Of a DNA stretch of 12,526 nt, positions 1 through 6,774 are shown piece by piece (the stretch's first letter is position 1; each line of letters starts with the position of its first letter). Both the position numbers and the translations under genes were made by a program. This stretch comes from Myxococcota bacterium (GTDB lineage: Bacteria; Myxococcota_A; UBA9160; PR03). The DNA is taken from NCBI GenBank assembly GCA_041611735.1, contig JBFIML010000073.1:1-12526 (forward strand), read 5' to 3'. The notes below the pieces were generated by a model. The model saw only the letters and a list, made by a program, of their open reading frames with translations, did no database searches and had not been told where the DNA came from.

Positions 1-243
1 CGCGCCCTGCCCGAGCACCCGGAGGACGTCCTGCTGCGGCGCCTCCTGTACGTGGGCGGGGTGCTGATGCACGTGCTGGCCGCCTCCGAGCAGATCGACG
101 CCATCGCCCCGGTGCCCCTTTCCGACCGGGATCCCGCCACGGCCCTGGCCCGCATGCTTCCCTTCGTCGCCGCCGGGATGCGCGCCCCGGTGCCCGAGCT
201 GGCGCTCCGCAAGCGCCGCGCCGCTCGGGGAGGCCGCCCGTGA
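1..243 (+). CDS. TetR/AcrR-family transcriptional regulator, C-terminal part (PsrA-like C-terminal domain); 5'-truncated by the window edge
   Basis: Frame 1 is open from base 1: RALPEHPEDVLLRRLLYVGGVLMHVLA...LARMLPFVAAGMRAP, resembling the 'ALP..P.E.L.WR....G...H.LA ... L..F.AAG..AP' tail of PsrA-type TetR proteins. Its stop overlaps the MFP start (GTGA 240-243). The HTH is outside the window. Confidence 0.7.
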   Translation, partial: RALPEHPEDVLLRRLLYVGGVLMHVLAASEQIDAIAPVPLSDRDPATALARMLPFVAAGMRAPVPELALRKRRAARGGRP

Positions 244-1511
244 GGCGGAGTCGGGCGCAGGTCGCCGACCTAACTCCCCGGCCGGAGCCGGCTCCGGGAG
301 CCGGCGCGCCGCCGGAGCGGCGACCTCGGCGTCTCCAGGCGCTGCTCACCGCCGCCGTGCTGGCTCTCGGTGCAGCGGGTGCCGCGCTCCTGATGGTCTC
401 GCGTCCGGCGGTGCAGACCCGCGCGCCCGAGGTGCTGCCGCCGCTGGTCCGCGTGGTCCGCGTGGAGCCGACCTCGCTGCAGCTCACCGTAACCACCCAG
501 GGCACGGTAGCGCCGGGCGTCGAGAGCGATCTCGTGGCCGAGGTGGCGGGACGCGTGGTGGAGGTGGCGCCGAGCCTGGTGGCGGGCGGATTCTTCCAGG
601 AGGGTGACCTCCTGCTGCGCATCGACCCGCGCGACTACCAGATGGCGCTGGAGAGCGCGGCGGCCCAGGTGGCGCGCTGGCGCAGCGAGCTGGCCCTGGC
701 GCGCACCAACCGGGAGCGCCGCCAGGCGCTGGCCCGGGAGGGTGTGGTCAGCCCGGCGCTCCTGGACGAGGCCCGCAACGCGGAACGCGTGGCCAGCGCG
801 GGGCTGCGTGAGGCGCAGAGTGCCCTGGCCCGGGCCCGCCTCGACCTGGAGCGCAGCGAGCTGCGAGCTCCGTTCACGGGCCTGGTGCGCGAGGAGCGTG
901 TGGACGTCGGACAGTTCGTGGGACGCGGCACTTCGCTGGCGCGGCTCTTCTCCACGGACTGGGCCGAGGTGGTGCTGCCGGTGGCCAACGAGGAGATGGC
1001 CTGGCTCGAGGTGCCGATCGCCGCGGCCCTCGGCTCCTTCGCCGAGGGCCCGGCCGTCACCCTGCGCGGCCGCGTGGCGGGACGCGACGCCGCGTGGCCC
1101 GCGCGCCTGGTGCGCGCCGAGGCGGAGATCGACCCGCGCACCCGGATGGTCCGGCTGGTGGCGCGCGTGGAGGACCCCTACGGCCTGCGCAGCTCCGATC
1201 GCCCCGCCCTGCCCGTCGGCCTCTTCGTGCACGCGGAGATCGAGGGCCGCCGGCTGGACGACGTGACGCGGATCCCGCGCGAGGCCCTGCGCGGTAGCGA
1301 CGAGCTCCTGGTCGTGGACGGGGAGGATCGGCTGCGCCTCCGCCGTGTGGAGGTGCTGCGTGCCGAGCGGGACCAGGCGGTGATCGGCGCGGGACTGGCG
1401 GCCGGCGAGCGGATCTGCGTCTCGCCTCTCGAGGCCGCCACCGAGGGCATGCAGGTGCGCGTGGTGGAGGACGGGGCCGCCGACCCGGAGCCGGCGGAGC
1501 CCACGTCGTGA
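240..1511 (+). CDS. Efflux RND transporter periplasmic adaptor (membrane fusion protein)
   Basis: N-terminal hydrophobic anchor (LLTAAVLALGAAGAALLMV), lipoyl half-motifs (LVAEVAGRVVEV...GGFFQEGDLLLRIDPRDY; LRAPFTGLV...VDVGQFVGRG) flanking a helical hairpin, IDPRTRMV and LPVGLFVHAEI motifs; directly upstream of an RND permease. Confidence 0.95.
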   Translation: MRRSRAQVADLTPRPEPAPGAGAPPERRPRRLQALLTAAVLALGAAGAALLMVSRPAVQTRAPEVLPPLVRVVRVEPTSLQLTVTTQGTVAPGVESDLVAEVAGRVVEVAPSLVAGGFFQEGDLLLRIDPRDYQMALESAAAQVARWRSELALARTNRERRQALAREGVVSPALLDEARNAERVASAGLREAQSALARARLDLERSELRAPFTGLVREERVDVGQFVGRGTSLARLFSTDWAEVVLPVANEEMAWLEVPIAAALGSFAEGPAVTLRGRVAGRDAAWPARLVRAEAEIDPRTRMVRLVARVEDPYGLRSSDRPALPVGLFVHAEIEGRRLDDVTRIPREALRGSDELLVVDGEDRLRLRRVEVLRAERDQAVIGAGLAAGERICVSPLEAATEGMQVRVVEDGAADPEPAEPTS

Positions 1512-4500
1512 CCGGTGTGATCGCCTGGTTCGCCCGCAATCGCGTGGCGGCGAACCTGATCATGTTCGGCATCGTGGCCGGCGGTCTCATGACCCTGCCC
1601 ACCCTGCGGCAGGAGGTCTTTCCCGAGATCGAGGCCGACGTGGTGAACGTCTCGGTGGTGTACCGCGGCGCGGCCCCCGAGGAGGTGGAGGAGGCGATCT
1701 GCGTCCGCATCGAGGAGTCGATTCGGGGCGTCACCGGCGTGAAGCGCCTCACCGCGATCGCCCGGGAAGGCGTCGGGGTGGTGAGCGCCGAGCTGTTGGA
1801 AGACGTGGACGCCCGCCGCGTGCTCGACGAGATCAAGAACCAGGTCGATGCCATCGACACCTTTCCCGAGGAGGCCGAGAAGCCGATCGTCGAGCAGCTG
1901 GTGCCGCGCCGGCAGGTGATCAACGTGGCCGTCTCGGGCCCCGCCGACGAGCGCACCCTGAAGCGACTCGGCCAGCAGGTGCGCGACGAGCTGGCCGCCC
2001 TGCCCGGCATCACCCAGACCGTGCTCACCAACGTGCGTCCCTGGGAGATCTCCATCGAGGTCTCGGAGCAGGCGCTGCGCCGGCACGGCCTGACCTTCGA
2101 CGAGGTGGTCGCCGCGGTGCGCCGCTCCTCCCTGGACCTGCCCGGGGGCTCCCTGAAGACTGCCGGCGGCGAGATCCTGCTGCGAGCCAAGGGGCAGGCG
2201 TACCGCGGGCCGCAGTTCGCAAAGCTCGTGCTGCTGTCCCGGCCGGACGGCAGCCGCCTCAGCCTGGGCGACGTGGCGCAGGTGGTGGACGGCTTCGAGG
2301 AGACCGACAACCGGGCTCGCTTCGACGGCGAGCCGGCGGTCCTGGTGCAGGTCTTCCGCGTGGGCCAGCAGAACGCCCTCGACGTGGCCGAGGCGGTGAA
2401 GCGGTACGTGGCGGAGGCCCAGCCGCGCATGCCGGCCGGGATCGAGCTCACGGTGTGGGCCGACGACAGCCAGCTCCTGAAGGCGCGTCGCGACACCCTG
2501 CTCCGCAATGCCGCCCAGGGCTTCGCGCTGGTGATGGCGCTGCTCGCGCTCTTCCTGCGCCTCCGCCTGGCGCTGTGGGTGGGGATCGGAGTCCCCATCT
2601 CTTTCCTCGGCGCGCTCTGGCTCATGCCGGTCTTCGACGCGTCCATCAACATGGTGACGCTGTTCGCCTTCATCGTGGTGCTCGGCATCCTGGTGGACGA
2701 CGCCATCGTGACCGGGGAGAACATCCACACCCACCAGGAGCGCGATCCGGACCGCCTGCGCGCCGCCATCCGCGGGGCGCAGGAGATCGCCCTGCCCGTC
2801 ACCTTCGGGGTGCTGACGACCGTCGCCGCCTTCGTGCCGATGCTGCTGCTGCCCGGCACGCTCGGGAAGGTGTTCCGCATGATCCCGATCGTGGTGATCG
2901 CGGCGCTCACCTTCTCCTTGATCGAGTCGAAGCTGGTGCTCCCCGCCCACCTGGGTCACGGCCGGGAGCACGGGGAGGGGCGCCTGGCGAACCCGATCTC
3001 CCGGGGCTGGAAGCGCCTGCAGTCCCGCTTCGCCGCCGGACTCGACCGCTTCATCGAGCGCGTCTACGGCCCCCTGCTCGAAGCGACGCTGCGCTGGCGC
3101 TACCTGACGGCCGCCACGGCGGTGGCGGTCCTGCTGCTGGCGGTGGGCTGGGCCGCCGGGGGCTGGATCCGCTTCACCTTCTTCCCGCAGGTGGAGGGCG
3201 ACAACGTGGTGGCGCTCGTCACCCTGCCGGAGGGGACCCCGGTGCAGACCAGCGAAGCGGCGGTGCGCCGCCTCGAGGCGAGCTTCGCTCGGGTGCGCGC
3301 CGAGCTGGACCACGGTCGCGACCCGGAAGACCCGAGCGCGGTGCAGCACGTGCTCGCCTCGGTGGGAGAGCAGCCCTATCGGCTGCGCCAGGCCTCGGGC
3401 CCCGGGGAGTACGCCGCGAGCCTGAGCGGAGGGGCCCACCTCGGCGAGGTCAACGCGGAGCTCGTACCCGCCGAACGGCGGCCCCTGACCAGCGTGGAGG
3501 TGGCGCGCCGCTGGCGCGAGCTCACGGGGGCGATCCCGGATGCCGAGGAGCTGGTCTTCACCTCGTCGATCTTCGGGGCCGGGGATCCCATCGACGTGCA
3601 GCTGCGCAGTCCGGACCTGGACGAGCTGCGCGCAGCCGCGAGCGCCCTCCAGGCGCGCCTGGCCGAGTATCCCGGCGTGTTCGACGTGACCGACTCCTTC
3701 CGCGGCGGCAAGCAGGAGCTCGAGCTCCAGATCCTCCCCTCGGCGGAGGCGCTCGGGCTCTCCCTGGCGGACCTGGCCCGCCAGGTGCGCCAGGCCTTCT
3801 ACGGCGACGAGGCGCAGCGCATCCAGCGCGGCCGGGACGACGTCCGGGTGATGGTGCGCTACCCGGCGGCGGAGCGGCGCTCCCTGGCCGACCTGGAGCA
3901 CATGCGCATCCGCCTGCCCGACGGCACCGCGGTGCCGTTCGGAGAGGTGGCGCGGGCGGAGCTCGGGCGCGGCTTCTCGACCATCCGCCGCACCGACGGC
4001 CAGCGGGTGATCGACGTGACCGCGGACGTGGACCTCTCCCGGGCCAACGCCAACGAGATCCTGGCGGACGCGAAGGCCAGCGTGCTGCCAGAGATCCTGT
4101 CCGCTCACCCCCGGGTGAGCTACTCGCTCGAAGGCGAGCAGCGCGAGCAGCGTGAGACGCTCGTCGACCTGGGCCGCGGCTACGCCCTGGCGCTGATCGC
4201 CATCTTCACGCTGCTGGCGGTGCCGCTGCGTTCCTACGTGCAGCCGCTCGTGATCATGTCGGCGATCCCGTTCGGCTTCGTGGGGGCGCTGATCGGGCAC
4301 ATCCTGATGGGCCGCGACATGAGCATGGTGTCCCTGATCGGGCTGGTGGCGGCCTCGGGCGTGGTGGTGAACGACAGCCTGGTGCTGGTGAACTGGGTGA
4401 ACGAGCGCCATCGCGAGGGAACCCCGCTCGAGCGTGCGGTGCGCACCGCCGGCAAGGCGCGCTTCCGGCCCATCCTGCTCACGTCGCTCACGACCTTCGC

Positions 4501-4708
4501 GGGACTGCTTCCCATGATGCTGGAGCGCAGCGTGCAGGCCCAGTTCCTGATCCCGATGGCCATCTCCCTGGCCTTCGGCGTGCTGTTCGCGACGACGATC
4601 ACGCTGCTGCTCGTCCCGGCGGGCGTCCTGATCCTCGACGACCTGCGCGCCCTGCCGGCCCGTCTCCTCGGGCGCGGCGTCGCCGCCGAGCCCCTGGGCG
4701 GCCCCTGA
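1508..4708 (+). CDS. Efflux RND transporter permease subunit (AcrB/AcrD/AcrF family)
   Basis: 1066 aa; start IAWFARNRVAANLIM, GAAPEEVEEAI, TM4 GILVDDAIVTGEN, TM10 GVVVNDSLVLV, TM11 RFRPILLTSLTTFAGLLPM. GTGA start/stop overlap with the MFP gene at 1508-1511. Confidence 0.97.
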   Translation: MTGVIAWFARNRVAANLIMFGIVAGGLMTLPTLRQEVFPEIEADVVNVSVVYRGAAPEEVEEAICVRIEESIRGVTGVKRLTAIAREGVGVVSAELLEDVDARRVLDEIKNQVDAIDTFPEEAEKPIVEQLVPRRQVINVAVSGPADERTLKRLGQQVRDELAALPGITQTVLTNVRPWEISIEVSEQALRRHGLTFDEVVAAVRRSSLDLPGGSLKTAGGEILLRAKGQAYRGPQFAKLVLLSRPDGSRLSLGDVAQVVDGFEETDNRARFDGEPAVLVQVFRVGQQNALDVAEAVKRYVAEAQPRMPAGIELTVWADDSQLLKARRDTLLRNAAQGFALVMALLALFLRLRLALWVGIGVPISFLGALWLMPVFDASINMVTLFAFIVVLGILVDDAIVTGENIHTHQERDPDRLRAAIRGAQEIALPVTFGVLTTVAAFVPMLLLPGTLGKVFRMIPIVVIAALTFSLIESKLVLPAHLGHGREHGEGRLANPISRGWKRLQSRFAAGLDRFIERVYGPLLEATLRWRYLTAATAVAVLLLAVGWAAGGWIRFTFFPQVEGDNVVALVTLPEGTPVQTSEAAVRRLEASFARVRAELDHGRDPEDPSAVQHVLASVGEQPYRLRQASGPGEYAASLSGGAHLGEVNAELVPAERRPLTSVEVARRWRELTGAIPDAEELVFTSSIFGAGDPIDVQLRSPDLDELRAAASALQARLAEYPGVFDVTDSFRGGKQELELQILPSAEALGLSLADLARQVRQAFYGDEAQRIQRGRDDVRVMVRYPAAERRSLADLEHMRIRLPDGTAVPFGEVARAELGRGFSTIRRTDGQRVIDVTADVDLSRANANEILADAKASVLPEILSAHPRVSYSLEGEQREQRETLVDLGRGYALALIAIFTLLAVPLRSYVQPLVIMSAIPFGFVGALIGHILMGRDMSMVSLIGLVAASGVVVNDSLVLVNWVNERHREGTPLERAVRTAGKARFRPILLTSLTTFAGLLPMMLERSVQAQFLIPMAISLAFGVLFATTITLLLVPAGVLILDDLRALPARLLGRGVAAEPLGGP

Positions 4709-4859
4709 GCCCGCCTTCGGGGCGGTCCGAGTGACCGGCGGTCAGACCCGCCCCCGTCGGAATCCTACCCGCGGGGCACGAGGAGGCGCTCCCGCTCCCG
4801 ACTCAGGTCCCGAATAGTCCCCCCGCGAAGCACGTCAACACGCTTTCTGACCCGCCGGG

Positions 4860-4875
4860 CGTGAGGATGGTCACA
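4860..4875. promoter_or_regulatory. Candidate CRP/FNR-family binding site
   Basis: CGTGA-GGATGG-TCACA matches TGTGA-N6-TCACA at 9 of 10 positions, is intergenic, and lies upstream of a TATAAG -10-like hexamer at 4905-4910. Confidence 0.4.
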
Positions 4876-4904
4876 AGATCACCCCACGCGCCGGCAGGGT
4901 GGGC

Positions 4905-4910
4905 TATAAG
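4905..4910 (+). promoter_or_regulatory. Candidate -10 element for the lipoprotein gene
   Basis: TATAAG, a rare AT-rich hexamer in this GC-rich DNA, about 85 bp upstream of ATG 4994. No recognisable -35 at 17-bp spacing. Confidence 0.3.
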
Positions 4911-4993
4911 GAGTGGGCCGCTCGGGGCGCGGCCCCGACGGAAAGCGACGTGGAACGCGCACTTGCCGCGTTCTCGAGGAGGAAGATGGGACC

Positions 4994-6280
4994 ATGTCGT
5001 TGGGAGGGAATCGATGGAAGCCGTTGCCGCTTCTCGTGGCAGGCTTCGCGCTGGGCGCGTGCGCCACTGGGGGCGGTGAGCCCCAGCTGCGAACCGCCGA
5101 ACAGGATCGGCTCGCGACGCTCGAGAGCGAGCTGCTCGAGCGGGATCGCGCCTTGCAGCACAGCCAATCGGAGGTCCAGCAGCTCCAGCGGGAGCTCACC
5201 AAGGCGTCGACCCCCGACGTGGCGGCGCGTCCGCCTTCGATGGCGGCGTCGGGCGATGTCTTGCCCGCCGCCAAGCCGGGCGAGTGCTATGCCAAGGTGC
5301 TGGTCCCGGCCCAGTACAAGACCGAGACGGAGCGCGTCCTGAAGTCGGAGGCGGCCGAGAAGATCGAGATCATTCCAGCTCGCTACGAGATGGAGACCGA
5401 GCGGGTCCTCGTGGAGCCTGCTCGCACCGTCTGGCGCACGGCGCGCGGCTCCAAGGCGGGCATCGCCAGCGCGAGCATGATCACTGCCGCCCAGGCGGCG
5501 GGTCTGCCCGCGAAGCCGGAGCCCGGCCAGTGCTTCGCCGAGTTCTACCAGCCGGCGCAGTTCAAGACCGAGAGCGAGCGCGTGCTCAAGCGGGAAGCCA
5601 CCAAGAAGCTCGAGGTGGTACCCGCCCAGTACGAGACGATCGAGGAGAAGGTGCTGGTGAAGCCCGCGCACACGGTCTGGAAGCGGGGCCGGGGTCCCGT
5701 CGAGAAGATGGATCACGCCACCGGGGAGATCATGTGCCTGGTCGAGGTGCCGGCCCAGTACGAGACCGTCAAGAAGCGCATCCTCAAGGCGCCCGCCACC
5801 ACCCGCGAGACCGAGATTCCGGCCCAGTACGAGACGGTGAGCAAGCGTCTCGAGACCGCCCCGGCCTCGATCCGCTGGGTGGCCGAAGGCGAGGCGGCGG
5901 CGGGCAAGCGCACCGGCAACCGCTTGTGCCTGACGGAGATCGCGGCCAAGTACAAGACCGTGCAGGTGCGCAAGGTCGCCGCGGCGGCCCAGCAGAAGCG
6001 CAGCCAGATCCCGGCCCAGTACGAGACCGTGAGCCGGCGGACCAAGGTGTCGGAGACCCGCATGGAGTGGCGGCCGGTGCTCTGCGAGACGAACACCACG
6101 CCGGAGCTGATCGCCTCCGTGCAGCGTGCCCTGCGCGAGTCCGGCCTGAACCCGGGCCCGATCGACGGGCGTCTCGGCCCGCAGACGATGACCGCGGTCC
6201 GCTCCTACCAGCAGAAGAAGGGACTGGCCACGGGCGGGCTCACCCTGTCGACCCTGGACGCCCTCGGCGTGAATCCGTAG
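4994..6280 (+). CDS. Lipoprotein with coiled coil, PAQY-repeat region and C-terminal peptidoglycan-binding (PG_binding_1-like) domain, 428 aa
   Basis: ATG 4994 follows GAGGAGG (4976-4982) and gives a signal peptide with lipobox LGA-C (Cys23, codon 5060). A heptad-like stretch follows (about 5090-5206), then eight PAxY/F repeats, then IASVQRALRESGLNPGPIDGRLGPQTMTAVRSYQQKKGL, the typical PG-binding domain pattern. Confidence 0.88.
   Translation: MSLGGNRWKPLPLLVAGFALGACATGGGEPQLRTAEQDRLATLESELLERDRALQHSQSEVQQLQRELTKASTPDVAARPPSMAASGDVLPAAKPGECYAKVLVPAQYKTETERVLKSEAAEKIEIIPARYEMETERVLVEPARTVWRTARGSKAGIASASMITAAQAAGLPAKPEPGQCFAEFYQPAQFKTESERVLKREATKKLEVVPAQYETIEEKVLVKPAHTVWKRGRGPVEKMDHATGEIMCLVEVPAQYETVKKRILKAPATTRETEIPAQYETVSKRLETAPASIRWVAEGEAAAGKRTGNRLCLTEIAAKYKTVQVRKVAAAAQQKRSQIPAQYETVSRRTKVSETRMEWRPVLCETNTTPELIASVQRALRESGLNPGPIDGRLGPQTMTAVRSYQQKKGLATGGLTLSTLDALGVNP
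5276..6070 (+). repeat. Intragenic repeats: eight PA(Q/R/K)(Y/F)xT-like motifs in four pairs
   Basis: Motif starts are spaced 23, 59, 23, 43, 23, 41, 23 codons apart. The 17-mer CCGGCCCAGTACGAGAC occurs exactly at 5750, 5819 and 6011, with variants at 5306 and 5621. Confidence 0.9.
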
Positions 6281-6308
6281 CCGATCTGGCGCCGCCCTGG
6301 CGGCGTCG

Positions 6309-6341
6309 GGGCCCCGCGGGCATGCGCCCGCGGGGCCCTTT
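6309..6341 (+). terminator. Probable intrinsic terminator between convergent genes
   Basis: Perfect 13-bp stem GGGCCCCGCGGGC (6309-6321), ATGC loop, GCCCGCGGGGCCC (6326-6338), then TTT. It lies between stops at 6280 (+) and 6347 (-). The U-tract is short. Confidence 0.75.
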
Positions 6342-6346
6342 CGGCT

Positions 6347-6628
6347 TCAGCGGTCCACGTGACCGAGGTCGCGGCCCGGCGCGACGCGGTCGCGCACGCG
6401 CCGCTTGAGCTCCCGGATCTCCGGAAAGCCACCCTCCGCGCCGCGCGAGAAGACCGGCGTCCCCTCGACCCGCACCTCGAAGACGCCGGCCTCCCGCCCG
6501 GGCACCAGCGCCACCTCCCCGATCTCCGTCTCGAACGTCGAGAGCAGCTCCTGGGCCATCCACGCCGCGCGCAGGAGCCAGCGGCAGCGCGGGCAGTACT
6601 CGATCTCGACGCGAGGTCCGGCGCCCAT
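6347..6628 (-). CDS. SelT/SelW/SelH (Rdx family) redox protein, Cys-containing form
   Basis: VEIEYCPRCRWLLRAAWMAQELLSTF, GVFEV and GFPEIRELKRRVRDRVAPGRDLGH are hallmark motifs of bacterial Rdx proteins. Both CxxC codons are TGC. Confidence 0.95.
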   Translation of the reverse strand: MGAGPRVEIEYCPRCRWLLRAAWMAQELLSTFETEIGEVALVPGREAGVFEVRVEGTPVFSRGAEGGFPEIRELKRRVRDRVAPGRDLGHVDR

Positions 6629-6675
6629 CGTTCCGTCCTCGCCGCGCCGTCGGCGCGGGTCGACCGACCCCGGAG

Positions 6676-6737
6676 AGCATACCGGGGCAGCCGTCGGGAG
6701 CGTGCCGGACCGCGGAGAGGGAGCTTCGGGCTATGCT
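6676..6737. promoter_or_regulatory. Candidate back-to-back -10 elements for the divergent Rdx gene and monooxygenase operon
   Basis: TATGCT on the minus strand (AGCATA 6676-6681) and TATGCT on the plus strand (6732-6737), each pointing at its own gene. Confidence 0.45.
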
Positions 6738-6774
6738 GCCCCGCGGAGGACGTCCACCTGGACCGGAGCGCGCC

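Noticed and set aside
4355..4400. RND TM10 has Asn (GVVVND) where AcrB has Lys940
   Set aside because: This is a common variant in this RND subgroup; TM4 DD and TM11 RPILLT are intact, so it is not evidence of inactivation or novelty.
1057..4411. Long antisense and alternate-frame ORFs over the efflux operon (1178-4411 -, 1057-2910 -, 2455-4155 +)
   Set aside because: Shadow ORFs expected from high GC3 codon bias; they fully overlap clear genes and have no recognisable motifs.
4810..4838. Antisense promoter from minus-strand TTGACG at 4833-4838
   Set aside because: No acceptable -10 hexamer at 16-18 bp spacing and no downstream minus-strand gene.
4951..4966. Sigma-54 promoter-like TGGAACGCGCACTTGC
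   Set aside because: GG and GC are separated by 11 nt rather than the required 10.
4709..4993. Known riboswitch (c-di-AMP/ydaO or c-di-GMP) upstream of a cell-wall gene
   Set aside because: Only scattered short words match and I could not build the conserved core. A cmscan against Rfam would be decisive.
4913..4993. ORF-track start at 4913 for the lipoprotein
   Set aside because: ATG 4994 has a Shine-Dalgarno and puts the signal peptide and lipobox at the N-terminus.
5306..6030. CRISPR-like array from the recurring CCGGCCCAGTACGAGAC
   Set aside because: The repeats are short, irregularly spaced, in frame and explained by the PAQYET protein motif; there are no cas genes.
6580..6600. Selenocysteine in the SelW-like protein
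   Set aside because: The motif is TGC-CCG-CGC-TGC (CPRC) with no in-frame UGA, so no Sec or SECIS is needed.
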